Notes: generated by a model from the sequence alone, not told the origin. A DNA stretch of 64,000 nt from Candidatus Parcubacteria bacterium (GCA_009995365.1 JAACPR010000001.1:30680-94679), one strand, 5' to 3'. Counted from the stretch's first letter, positions 22,498 through 31,721 are shown. Translations and numbers: made by a program.

Positions 22498-22544
22498 TTG
22501 ACCAAAATTAAATTTAATATAGAATCAAAAACTGGTCGTTCTTT
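22498..22544 (+). promoter_or_regulatory. Sigma70 promoter with boxA-like element
   Basis: TTGACC (22498)-16 nt-TAGAAT (22520), then CGTTCTTT (22537). Confidence 0.55.
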
Positions 22545-22595
22545 TTTGGAGGAAGACTATTTCACAATAAACTCAAATCAAGCGAAAGGAAACAG

Positions 22596-23300
22596 TTGAA
22601 CGAATTAGAAAAAAGATTACTCATTGTTGTAGGTCTCACATGTGCTGGTAAAGGATACCTTCTCCAGCGTCTGATCGATATCGGAATGAAGATTCTGGAG
22701 CTCGATATGGGAGATGTTCTCAGGCACAGGAAACGAAGCGATCCTGAATTTGCCAAATTAATTTCTTCAGATCAAAATTCTGGAGGATTCTGTTCGGTAA
22801 ATATCGTCAACCAGTTGGCTGACGAAAAACTGGAACACTTCTCAAAAAGGCCTGCTGTATATCTGAGTGGTTACCCTAGAACCAAACTCCAGCTGGAGCA
22901 TCTCTTTGGATCTCCAATCTTGAAAACTCATCAGGTGTCTGTTGTTCATATAGATACCCCGCGAGAAGTTTGCAAGAAAAGGGCTTTGGCTGCTCAAAGA
23001 GGTCGGGATGATGATCACCTTGATGCAGTCAGGAGGAAATTCCGTGATTTTGATACCGAAACTTTTCCGGTAATTCAAAGACTCAAAGATGAGTTTCGAA
23101 GCTTCACATTTGATGGTCGATATACTGACCATAAACTTATGGAGTTGGTTGAAAATTTAGGTCTCCACGACCTAATTGATATCAACGAAGTCTCTGAGGA
23201 CATCAAAGAGGAATTCCACTTATGGAAATTTGCAGAAGAGCAAGAAGATGCTTTCGCGAATGACATTGAATTTCTCGGGTCCAGTGTCTATCGGAAATAA
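22596..23300 (+). CDS. Divergent adenylate/NMP kinase family protein
   Basis: P-loop GLTCAGKG, DMGDVLR, SGYPRT, short LID GRDDD. TTG start with AAGGA 5 nt upstream. Confidence 0.8.
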   Translation: MNELEKRLLIVVGLTCAGKGYLLQRLIDIGMKILELDMGDVLRHRKRSDPEFAKLISSDQNSGGFCSVNIVNQLADEKLEHFSKRPAVYLSGYPRTKLQLEHLFGSPILKTHQVSVVHIDTPREVCKKRALAAQRGRDDDHLDAVRRKFRDFDTETFPVIQRLKDEFRSFTFDGRYTDHKLMELVENLGLHDLIDINEVSEDIKEEFHLWKFAEEQEDAFANDIEFLGSSVYRK

Positions 23301-23317
23301 GTCCATGCCCATACTCG

Positions 23318-23347
23318 ACACCCGCCGTAAAAAGCGGGTGTTTTTTT
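23318..23347 (+). terminator. Rho-independent terminator
   Basis: ACACCCGC-cgtaaaaa-GCGGGTGT followed by a T-run. Confidence 0.9.
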
Positions 23348-23457
23348 ATTTACTTTTCTCTAAAAATAAGTAAAATAATCTATACATTCAAATATTTGAT
23401 ACTGACCCTGTGTCCAAAGCACCGGTTTAATATCGTGTTTTTATTTAAAATTACAAA

Positions 23458-26067
23458 ATGTCACCCAAAAAACCACAAAAAAATATAAGAAAAGATGAAA
23501 AGATTGTTATAAAAGGAGCTAGAACTCATAATTTGAAAAATGTGAATCTAGAAATACCTCGCAACAAGATGGTTATTTTTACTGGTCTTTCTGGCTCAGG
23601 AAAATCTTCTCTTGCTTTTGATACTATTTTTGCAGAAGGACAACGCAGATATGTAGAATCTCTTTCTGCTTATGCGCGTCAATTTTTAAATAAAATGCAA
23701 AAACCTGATGTCGATGAAATCCAAGGACTTTCTCCTGCAATTTCTATCGATCAGAAATCTCGTTCAAATAACCCTCGTTCAACTGTTGCGACAATTACAG
23801 AAATTTACGACTACTTACGTATTTTATTTGCTCGTGTCGGTCGCCCTCATTGTATGGAATGTGGTCGTGAAATCAAAAAACTTTCAAAAGAAGAAATTTT
23901 GAATACCGTTTTAGATCAAGTTAAAGAAATCACTTCAAAAACTTCCAAAAAAATTATGGATGTAGATATCGATCATGACACTTTGCAAATTTATTCACCA
24001 GTTGTTGTAGGAAGGAAAGGGGAATATTATCAACTGCTTTATGACATGCTCGCCAAAGGATACCAACGAGCTAAAATTGATGGAAAAGTTTATTCTCTAC
24101 GCGATAAAATTATTTTGTCTAAAACAAAAAAACATAATATCGATATTTTAGTAGATGAACTTTACTTATCTGAAATAAAATCTAAAACAGATGACGTTAA
24201 AGAAAGACTTTCTGAGGCGATCGAAAATGCAATTGAAATGTCAGAAGGGCTTTTAAAAATTATTACGAATGACGAAGAGCGCCTAATTTCCTCAAAGTTC
24301 ATGTGTCCTTATGATGGTTTTTCTTTCCCAGAAATTGAACCGAGGCTTTTTTCATTTAATTCACCACACGGTGCATGTCCTGAATGTAATGGATTAGGAA
24401 CAAAACACTTATTTGGGGATGATCCTTGTTCAGTCTGTGAAGGTAAAAGACTTCGTCCAGAAGCTATGCATGTCTTACTTCCTAATACTAAAACTAACAT
24501 TGATGATGTTACAAAGCTTTCTGTTAAGTATGCAATAGATTTCTTTTTGGAACTTGAACTTAATAAAAATGAAAAAGAAATTGCTAATGTTGTTATGAAA
24601 GAAATTACAGAAAGATTAGAGTTTATGAATAATGTAGGGATTGAATATTTAACATTGAATCGTCGCGCTCATACTCTCTCTGGTGGTGAAGCACAACGTA
24701 TTCGACTTGCTTCACAACTTGGTTCTGGTCTTGTTGGGGCGACTTATGTTTTGGATGAGCCAACAATTGGTCTACATTCTCGTGATAATGATAAATTAGT
24801 TCAAACTCTTTTAGATCTTCGCGATGCAGGTAATACAATTATTGTCGTCGAACATGACGAAGATACTATTTACGCGGGTGATTATTTAGTCGACATAGGA
24901 CCAGGTGCCGGAGTTCACGGTGGAGAAATTGTTGTTTCGGATGATATGCAAAAGCTTTTGTCTGCAAAAACTAATCCTTCAAAATCTTCAACTCTTGATT
25001 ATTTACGAGGAGATAAACAAATAGAAATTCCTGAAAAACGTCGCTCTCAAGATAAAGGTAAAATTCAAATTAAAGGTGGAAATATTTTTAATATTAAAAA
25101 TATGAATGTTGATATACCCCTTGGAAAACTAACAACGGTTACAGGTGTTTCCGGTTCTGGAAAATCTTCTTTTGTTTATGAAATTCTTTATAAAAATTTG
25201 AGAAATCGTTTTGATCGTCGCTATAGAAGTGATGTTTTAGAGAATTGTTCATCCTTAACTGGCACTGAATATTTAGGTCGAGCGATTTTAATTGATCAAT
25301 CTCCAATTGGTAGAACTCCTCGTTCAAATCCAGCAACTTATACTGGTGCTTTTACTTTTATTCGTGAATTATTTGCGGAAACTGCAGAGGCACGTGTTAG
25401 AGGTTGGAGCCCTAGTAGGTTTTCTTTTAATGTTAAGGGTGGTCGCTGTGAAGCTTGTCAAGGTAACGGATATCTTGCCGTTGAAATGCATTTTCTTCCA
25501 ACCGTTTATGTTCCTTGTGATATTTGTGAAGGTAAAAGGTTTATGAAAGAAACTTTGGAAATAGATTACAAAAAGAAAAATATTTTTGATGTTTTAAAAA
25601 TGACTGTAGAAGAAGCGCTAGCTTTTTTTGAAGATATTCCTGCTATTTATGACAGATTGAAATCATTGGATGATGTTGGTCTAGGATATTTAGAGCTAGG
25701 ACAGTCTGCAACAACTCTCTCTGGCGGAGAAGCACAACGTGTAAAAATTGCTTCGGAATTATATCGAGCGCACCTTCAGAAAACTATCTATATTTTAGAC
25801 GAGCCAACAATTGGTCTGCATTATGATGATGTAAAAAAATTGATTGAAATTTTGCAAAAATTAGTCGACAAAGGCAATACTGTTTTAGTTATTGAACATA
25901 ATATGGATCTTATTAAAAGTTCAGATTATATTATTGATATTGGACCAGAAGGCGGTGAAAACGGTGGTCAAGTTATGGTTAAAGGAACACCAGAGCAAGT
26001 TGCAGATTCTAACAAGGGATATACTGCAGAGTATCTTAAGAAGGCTTTAAAAAGAAATAAAAAATAA
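23458..26067 (+). CDS. uvrA: Excinuclease ABC subunit A (short form)
   Basis: Two ABC cassettes ([18 protein letters not shown]; LSGGEAQR twice) and Zn modules. Confidence 0.99.
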   Translation: MSPKKPQKNIRKDEKIVIKGARTHNLKNVNLEIPRNKMVIFTGLSGSGKSSLAFDTIFAEGQRRYVESLSAYARQFLNKMQKPDVDEIQGLSPAISIDQKSRSNNPRSTVATITEIYDYLRILFARVGRPHCMECGREIKKLSKEEILNTVLDQVKEITSKTSKKIMDVDIDHDTLQIYSPVVVGRKGEYYQLLYDMLAKGYQRAKIDGKVYSLRDKIILSKTKKHNIDILVDELYLSEIKSKTDDVKERLSEAIENAIEMSEGLLKIITNDEERLISSKFMCPYDGFSFPEIEPRLFSFNSPHGACPECNGLGTKHLFGDDPCSVCEGKRLRPEAMHVLLPNTKTNIDDVTKLSVKYAIDFFLELELNKNEKEIANVVMKEITERLEFMNNVGIEYLTLNRRAHTLSGGEAQRIRLASQLGSGLVGATYVLDEPTIGLHSRDNDKLVQTLLDLRDAGNTIIVVEHDEDTIYAGDYLVDIGPGAGVHGGEIVVSDDMQKLLSAKTNPSKSSTLDYLRGDKQIEIPEKRRSQDKGKIQIKGGNIFNIKNMNVDIPLGKLTTVTGVSGSGKSSFVYEILYKNLRNRFDRRYRSDVLENCSSLTGTEYLGRAILIDQSPIGRTPRSNPATYTGAFTFIRELFAETAEARVRGWSPSRFSFNVKGGRCEACQGNGYLAVEMHFLPTVYVPCDICEGKRFMKETLEIDYKKKNIFDVLKMTVEEALAFFEDIPAIYDRLKSLDDVGLGYLELGQSATTLSGGEAQRVKIASELYRAHLQKTIYILDEPTIGLHYDDVKKLIEILQKLVDKGNTVLVIEHNMDLIKSSDYIIDIGPEGGENGGQVMVKGTPEQVADSNKGYTAEYLKKALKRNKK

Positions 26068-26113
26068 TTGACTTTGAATTTTATAGTGGTAGTTTTTAAC
26101 GGAACCTTGAACA
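26068..26113 (+). promoter_or_regulatory. Sigma70 promoter with boxA-like element abutting the uvrA stop
   Basis: TTGACT (26068)-16 nt-TAGTTT (26090) with TG extension, then GAACCTTGAACA (26102). Confidence 0.55.
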
Positions 26114-26136
26114 AAAACATCAACCAATAAAAATAG

Positions 26137-26631
26137 ATGAATCTAGAAAAATACTATCTGACCCTACTGTTTGAAACTGTAAATTTAGTTTTTTATCGAG
26201 CTAAAATTATGCTTTCTGAAAAGTATGAAGACATAAGAACTACAGCTTTATTAAGTTTTACTCACCAGTCGCTTGCTGGTCAACCGCCAATCATCGTAAT
26301 GATGCTTGGTGAAACCATTGAAGATTCTGATAAAGTTAGCTCGTGGAGTGTTAATTCTCGAGAAAAAGCAGCGCGTCTGTGTCAAAATACAGATCATATC
26401 AGTGCTTGGCAAAGTCGCGATTTCGATAAAAAGAAATACGGCGGTGCCGTTAAAACAAGCACTGGTGAAATTCTATCCATGTCAGGACTTCCTGAATTTG
26501 GTGACGAAGCATGTTGCTTGGTCACCCTACTTTTGATGGACCGGATGGAGCTTGAAGAAGCAGAAAGGATTGTAGAGATAAGTGGTAACGATTTGTTCCA
26601 CGAACTCTACGATCGCTGCAAGATGCTTTGA
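26137..26631 (+). CDS. Hypothetical protein, distant GlcG/HbpS-like fold
   Basis: Pattern EKAA...S...YGGAV...SMSG...DEA resembles the GlcG/HbpS KA...GG...VSG...D pattern. Confidence 0.5.
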   Translation: MNLEKYYLTLLFETVNLVFYRAKIMLSEKYEDIRTTALLSFTHQSLAGQPPIIVMMLGETIEDSDKVSSWSVNSREKAARLCQNTDHISAWQSRDFDKKKYGGAVKTSTGEILSMSGLPEFGDEACCLVTLLLMDRMELEEAERIVEISGNDLFHELYDRCKML

Positions 26632-26657
26632 GATACCACATTCAAAATTCACCAAAC

Positions 26658-26690
26658 AAAGCGCCTGATTTCTCAGGCGCTTTTTATTTT
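26658..26690 (+). terminator. Rho-independent terminator (potentially bidirectional)
   Basis: AAAGCGCCTGA-tttc-TCAGGCGCTTT followed by a T-rich tail. Confidence 0.9.
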
Positions 26691-26696
26691 TCTTTA

Positions 26697-26730
26697 AAGA
26701 AAAAAGTCGAGGTTTAAAATCCCTCGACTT
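26697..26730 (-). terminator. Terminator overlapping the Nudix gene stop
   Basis: - strand AAGTCGAGG-gattttaaa-CCTCGACTT-TTTTCTT; the stop codon lies in the loop. Confidence 0.75.
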
Positions 26731-27217
26731 GATTAATATCAACATCTAAAAGCTCTTTTTGTCTGTTGAAGATGATCTCTGCTTTTATTTTTTGTCCTTC
26801 GAGAATTCTAGGTAACCACAGAAGATCAGATTTAATTATCTGTCTTTTAGGTAAACGATTTATTGAATACCATTTACCTTTTTTCATTTCGCGTGTTTCA
26901 CTAGGAGTGCCGATTACATTACTTGAAATAAAAACATGGAGATTTACTCTCAATCTTTCTTCAGAAAAAAATACTAGATCAATTTCAGCAACTTTAGTTA
27001 AAAAATTCTTAACAATTTTAGCTGGTTTTGCCTCCTCGTTGAATTCACGGACCGTGGCTTCTTCAAAGGTTTCATTAAGCTTACATAATCCACCATATCC
27101 ATTTAACTTTCCGAGCATATCAACAGCTTCTTTGACATTAGTATCTGTCTTTTTCTCTGCCAAAAGGATTTTCCCATCCTTAACAACAAAGACTACGGTT
27201 TGAACTTTAGTTTTCAT
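26714..27217 (-). CDS. Nudix hydrolase (MutT/MTH1-like)
   Basis: NGYGGLCKLNETFEEATVREFNEEA Nudix box; C-terminal SDLLWLP as in the MTH1-like group. Confidence 0.85.
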   Translation of the reverse strand: MKTKVQTVVFVVKDGKILLAEKKTDTNVKEAVDMLGKLNGYGGLCKLNETFEEATVREFNEEAKPAKIVKNFLTKVAEIDLVFFSEERLRVNLHVFISSNVIGTPSETREMKKGKWYSINRLPKRQIIKSDLLWLPRILEGQKIKAEIIFNRQKELLDVDINQVEGF

Positions 27218-27254
27218 AATTTTGGTGCTTTCTTTTACAGTATTTCTAGTTTAA

Positions 27255-27282
27255 ACAATACTTTTTAAGTGTGATTTGTCAA
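27255..27282 (-). promoter_or_regulatory. Sigma70 promoter of the Nudix gene
   Basis: - strand TTGACA-16 nt-TATTGT. Confidence 0.55.
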
Positions 27283-27315
27283 TTGAAATAAATAATGTAA
27301 ATTAATATTAACTTT

Positions 27316-28599
27316 ATGAATTTATCAGATTTCAAAAAACTAAGTCTTCCTGATTCCCCTGGAGTTTATTTTTTCAGAGAAAAAGGGAAGTCGACCAATA
27401 AAAAAGAAGGTAATATTTTATATATTGGCAAAGCGACTTCGTTGCAAGATAGAGTCCGAAGCTACTTTTCTAATGACTTAATAAAAACTCGTGGTCCGGC
27501 GATTGTAGATATGGTGACAAAATCTGACACGGTTACTTTTGAAGAAGCCGATTCTGTGTTGGAGGCACTTATTTTAGAGGCTAATCTAATTAAGAAGCAC
27601 AAGCCGAAATACAACACCAAAGAAAAAGACGACCGCAGTTATTACCGCGTAATTATTACAGACGAAGAATACCCGCGCGTTCTCGTTGTCAGAGAAAAAG
27701 AGCTTAAAATTAATAAAAACCAATATAAAATCCTAGATGAATTTGGTCCCTTCCCAAATGCTGGTCAACTAATTGAATCTCTTAAAATAATCCAGAAAAT
27801 TTTCCCGTTTTTCGATACTAAAAAACCAGTTACAGAAATGAAGCCGATTGATATAAAAAGGATTGGGGTAAAAATCAGTATCGGACTTTATCCAGACATT
27901 TTCGATGATTTTAATTTTGGTCAGAAAATTTCTAAAAAAGAATACTTAAACAATATTAGAAATATCCGTTCGTTTTTTGAAGGAAACAAAAATAAAATTC
28001 TCAAAGACTTGGAAAAAAAGATGAAAACCTACGCTAAAAAACAAGAATTTGAAAAGGCTAACAACACAAAGAAACAAATTTTCGCACTTAACCATATAAA
28101 TGACATTAAATTGATTAAGGATGAGACGAAAAATATCGGGCGCGATTTTAGAATTGAAGCATATGATGTAGCGCATTTAGGAGGTGAAGCGAGTGTTGGA
28201 GTTATGACTGTCTTTGAGAACGGAGTGGCGGTCAAAAATGAATATAAAAAGTTTATTTTGAGAGATACAGAACCTGGCGATGACTATGGTGGTTTGCGCG
28301 AAATTTTGAGAAGGCGCTTTAACCATAAAGAGTGGACTTTTCCTGATTTGGTTGTAATTGATGGAGGTAAAGGACAGAAAAATGTTGCGGGTAAGATTTT
28401 AAAGGAGCTTGGCGTGAATACGAAGATTGTAAGTGTCGTCAAAGATGAAAAACACAATCCAAAGGGAATCTTGGCTACTGGAATCAAACTGAAAAAAATC
28501 GTTGAAAAAAATAAGAAAACTATTCTGGAAGCAAATAGCGAAGCTCATCGTTTTTCTATTAATTTTCACAGGTCTAAAATGCGCAAACGACTGAAGTAA
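27316..28599 (+). CDS. uvrC: UvrC-like excinuclease, reduced
   Basis: GVY...LYIGKA GIY-YIG domain, UVR-like helix, RNase H-like IEAYDVAH...DDY...PDLVVIDGGKGQ; ends before the HhH domain. Confidence 0.9.
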   Translation: MNLSDFKKLSLPDSPGVYFFREKGKSTNKKEGNILYIGKATSLQDRVRSYFSNDLIKTRGPAIVDMVTKSDTVTFEEADSVLEALILEANLIKKHKPKYNTKEKDDRSYYRVIITDEEYPRVLVVREKELKINKNQYKILDEFGPFPNAGQLIESLKIIQKIFPFFDTKKPVTEMKPIDIKRIGVKISIGLYPDIFDDFNFGQKISKKEYLNNIRNIRSFFEGNKNKILKDLEKKMKTYAKKQEFEKANNTKKQIFALNHINDIKLIKDETKNIGRDFRIEAYDVAHLGGEASVGVMTVFENGVAVKNEYKKFILRDTEPGDDYGGLREILRRRFNHKEWTFPDLVVIDGGKGQKNVAGKILKELGVNTKIVSVVKDEKHNPKGILATGIKLKKIVEKNKKTILEANSEAHRFSINFHRSKMRKRLK

Positions 28600-28635
28600 A
28601 TTTCATGTCAAAATTTTTGTGATAAAATAAAACTA

Positions 28636-29598
28636 ATGAAAAAGATTATTGTTCTAAGAGGTGGTCCATCAAGCGAATACGAGGTTTCAATGAAATCTGG
28701 TAAGTCCGTAATCGACCAGCTTCAAGATCACTATAAAATTACCGATGTGGTAGTGGATAAAGAAGGGAAATGGATTGTCTCTGGAATAGCTGTCGAGCCA
28801 CATAAAATAACTCGCGATATCGATTGTGTTTTTAATGCTATGCACGGCGAATACGGTGAAGATGGAACGGTTCAAAAATTACTAGACCAATTAAAAGTTC
28901 CATACACTGGTTCTGGTGTTTTAGGTTCTTCAGTTGCGATGAACAAAGCTTTGGCTAAAAATTTCTACAAAAAACATGGAATTAAAACTCCACTCTACAG
29001 AGTAATAAATAAGACAGATAATATTGATGGCCTGGCGATGGAGCTATACAAGACATTTCCAATGCCAGCAGTTTTGAAACCTGTCTCTAGCGGTTCTTCA
29101 GTGGGTGTTTCAATCGCCAAAGATTATCAAAGTATGCGGGATACCTTGATTAGTTTATTTTTAAGATATGAAAAAGTCCTAGTCGAAGAATATATTGAGG
29201 GAAAGGAAGCAACTGTTGGAATATTAGAAGAATTTAGAAATCAAAAAATATACAAACTTTCTCCAGTGGAAATCCGACACCCTTCTAATAAAACTTTTTT
29301 TGATTATGAGGCAAAGTATTCAGGGATTACTCAAGAATTGTGCCCAGGAGAATTTTCTCCAGCCGAAAAAGAATTAATGCAAGAAATGGCAGGAAAGTCA
29401 CACGAAGCGCTTGGCCTAAGGCATTATTCTAGAACCGATTTTAGAATTCATCCTAAAAGAGGAATTTATGCGCTTGAAACAAATTCATTACCGGGCTTAA
29501 CGGAACATTCTTTGATGCCAAAATCTTTGGAGCCTCTTGGAATTAGTTATAAAGAAATGCTAGATCATCTAATCAATCTTGCAATAAAACAAAAATAA
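28636..29598 (+). CDS. ddl: D-alanine-D-alanine ligase
   Basis: GGPSSEYEVS, HGEYGEDG, GSSVG, FDYEAKY, ETNSLPGLT. Confidence 0.96.
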   Translation: MKKIIVLRGGPSSEYEVSMKSGKSVIDQLQDHYKITDVVVDKEGKWIVSGIAVEPHKITRDIDCVFNAMHGEYGEDGTVQKLLDQLKVPYTGSGVLGSSVAMNKALAKNFYKKHGIKTPLYRVINKTDNIDGLAMELYKTFPMPAVLKPVSSGSSVGVSIAKDYQSMRDTLISLFLRYEKVLVEEYIEGKEATVGILEEFRNQKIYKLSPVEIRHPSNKTFFDYEAKYSGITQELCPGEFSPAEKELMQEMAGKSHEALGLRHYSRTDFRIHPKRGIYALETNSLPGLTEHSLMPKSLEPLGISYKEMLDHLINLAIKQK

Positions 29599-29624
29599 GT
29601 TATTATTTTCTGTATCCAGTTTTA

Positions 29625-29697
29625 GGGCCTGTAGCTCATCTGGTAGAGCGCCTCACTTGCACTGAGGAGGTGGCGGGTTCGAGTCCTGTCAGGTCCA
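29625..29697 (+). tRNA. tRNA-Ala (anticodon TGC), CCA not encoded
   Basis: Acceptor stem GGGCCTG/CAGGTCC with G3:U70, anticodon arm CCTCA-CTTGCAC-TGAGG, GGTTCGAGTCC T-arm. Confidence 0.96.
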
Positions 29698-29706
29698 CAA
29701 AAAATT

Positions 29707-29907
29707 ATGAAACTTAAACCTCAACATTATGATATTTTAGGTTTAGTCGTATTTCTTTTTATAGTTGGTATTGCATTTTTTGGAATCTATAACGAGCTTC
29801 AGTTACCTCAATGGGTTTTTGTTGTTCTCCTACTGATTGGAGTAGGTGGATTACTTATTGATGGCTCTATTGTTTATAATTATTTTATTAAGCGTGATAA
29901 AAAATAA
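29707..29907 (+). CDS. Small 2-TM membrane protein
   Basis: Two hydrophobic helices; TAATG overlap with the next gene. Confidence 0.65.
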   Translation: MKLKPQHYDILGLVVFLFIVGIAFFGIYNELQLPQWVFVVLLLIGVGGLLIDGSIVYNYFIKRDKK

Positions 29908-30326
29908 TGTCTGCTAGTGAACCAAAACTTTTTTATATTGGGGTTAAGGCTTTAATTAAAAGAGATGGAAAAATTTTAGTTTTAAAAAGGGCGAAAAAAG
30001 ATGAGATTTATTGGGACTTACCCGGCGGGAGAATCAACAATAACGAAACACAAATAGAAGCATTGAAGAGGGAATTGGTCGAAGAGATTCCTTCAATACA
30101 AGAAATCGAAATTAAAAAAATAGTTAGTTCATGTAATTTTAATAAAGACCTAATAGGCGGCGGACTATTTTTCCTGTTTTATGATGTTAGTGCAAATACG
30201 GTACAAGTTTTATTAGGAAATGAACACTCTCAACATAAATGGATTGATCAAAAAGATCTTGATTCTATAAAAAAAGATATGTTTAGTGGTTATTATGATG
30301 CAATAAAAGCTAGTTTATTAAAATAA
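29907..30326 (+). CDS. Nudix hydrolase
   Basis: WDLPGGRINNNETQIEALKRELVEE. Confidence 0.88.
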   Translation: MSASEPKLFYIGVKALIKRDGKILVLKRAKKDEIYWDLPGGRINNNETQIEALKRELVEEIPSIQEIEIKKIVSSCNFNKDLIGGGLFFLFYDVSANTVQVLLGNEHSQHKWIDQKDLDSIKKDMFSGYYDAIKASLLK

Positions 30327-30389
30327 TAAATAATGCTAAACTAGTTTAACTTAAAAGATTAACGCGCATAGCGCATTTCAATATATATT

Positions 30390-30611
30390 ATGTTCAATTT
30401 TGTAATGAAAAAGATGATGCAAAAACAGCTTAAAAATCTTCCAAAAGATCAAGCTGACAAGTTAATGGCTGCCTTTGAAAAAGATCCTCAATTTTTCAAG
30501 GATATTGCTAAGCAAATTCAAAAAAAGGTTAAAGCAGGAGCCAATCAGCAAAATGCTTCTATGCAAGTTATGATGGAAAATCGTGAAAAATTGCAAGAAT
30601 TAATGAAGTAA
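30390..30611 (+). CDS. Small Met/Gln/Lys-rich helical protein
   Basis: 73-aa ORF directly upstream of ychF with core-like codon usage. Confidence 0.75.
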   Translation: MFNFVMKKMMQKQLKNLPKDQADKLMAAFEKDPQFFKDIAKQIQKKVKAGANQQNASMQVMMENREKLQELMK

Positions 30612-30626
30612 ACTAATTTCTGACTT

Positions 30627-31721
30627 ATGTCACTATCAATCGGAATCGTCGGACTTCCTAATGTTGGGAAATCAACATTGTTCAACGCTTTAACAAAAAA
30701 ATCAGTTCCATCGGAAAATTACCCGTTCTGCACAATCGACCCAGCTGTCGGTGTAGTTGCTGTTCCTGATGATCGTTTGGAGAAACTTTCAGAGATGTCT
30801 AAATCCGAAAATACAATTCCTGCTGTTGTGGAATTTACCGATATCGCTGGTTTAGTAAAAGGTGCCTCTGAAGGAGAAGGGCTTGGTAATAAATTTCTAG
30901 CAAATATTCGCGAGACCGATGCAGTTGCCCAAGTCGTCCGTATTTTTGAGGATGGAAATATTTCTCATGTTCACGGCGAAGTTAATCCGATGTCTGATAT
31001 CGAGGTGATAAATCTAGAGCTTATCCTGGCTGACCGAGAAACTGTCACAAAAAGAATCGGTAATCTACAAAAAGAAGTTAAGTCTGGCGATAAAAAAGCC
31101 AAGAAAGAGCTTGAACTATTGGAGCAAATTGACAAGGCACTAGATGAAGGTCAACTTGCCAACTCGGTTGATTTCAATGATGAAGATAGAAAAATTGTTA
31201 AGACTTTTAATTTACTAACAGCCAAGCCTTTCTTTTATGTTTTGAATAAGAAAAGTGGTTCTCAAAATTTAGATGAGTTAAAAGATGAGAGATGGGAAAA
31301 GCTGATGAATTTTATGAAAGAGTCGGGAAGTGATTATGTGATTGTTGATGCCGGACTTGAACATGAAATAAAAGATCTTGATTTGGCTGACAAAAAAGAT
31401 TTTCGTGCAGACAGCGGAAGCGAAGATGGAATCGATAATTTGATTAAAAAAGGATACGAGGTTCTGGATTTAATTACCTTCTTTACAACCGGCGAAAAGG
31501 AAACTCGCGCGTGGACTACAAAGCGTGATTCTACTGCACCAGTTGCCGGAACTGCAATTCACACCGATTTTCATGATAAATTTATCCGCGCAACTGTGAT
31601 TCAATGGGATAAATTATTAGAAGCGGGTTCTCATAGTGCTGCTCGTGAAAACGGAATTCTTCGCACTGAAGGAAAAGAATATATTGTCCAAGATGGTGAT
31701 GTTATTGAATTTTTGGTTTAA
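30627..31721 (+). CDS. ychF: Ribosome-associated ATPase YchF
   Basis: GLPNVGKSTLFN, NYPFCTIDP, DIAGLVKGAS, TGS domain EGKEYIVQDGD. Confidence 0.97.
   Translation: MSLSIGIVGLPNVGKSTLFNALTKKSVPSENYPFCTIDPAVGVVAVPDDRLEKLSEMSKSENTIPAVVEFTDIAGLVKGASEGEGLGNKFLANIRETDAVAQVVRIFEDGNISHVHGEVNPMSDIEVINLELILADRETVTKRIGNLQKEVKSGDKKAKKELELLEQIDKALDEGQLANSVDFNDEDRKIVKTFNLLTAKPFFYVLNKKSGSQNLDELKDERWEKLMNFMKESGSDYVIVDAGLEHEIKDLDLADKKDFRADSGSEDGIDNLIKKGYEVLDLITFFTTGEKETRAWTTKRDSTAPVAGTAIHTDFHDKFIRATVIQWDKLLEAGSHSAARENGILRTEGKEYIVQDGDVIEFLV

Noticed and set aside
26766-27203. 145-aa + strand ORF
   Set aside because: Antisense shadow of the Nudix gene, which has a motif, promoter and terminator.
22465-27315. 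Integron cassette array or IS/MITE explanation for the inserted genes
   Set aside because: No attC RYYYAAC/GTTRRRY structure, integrase, terminal inverted repeats or target duplications seen; the hairpins look like terminators.
30364-30374. GCGC-ata-GCGC mini hairpin upstream of ORF 30390
   Set aside because: A 4-bp stem is too short to support a call.
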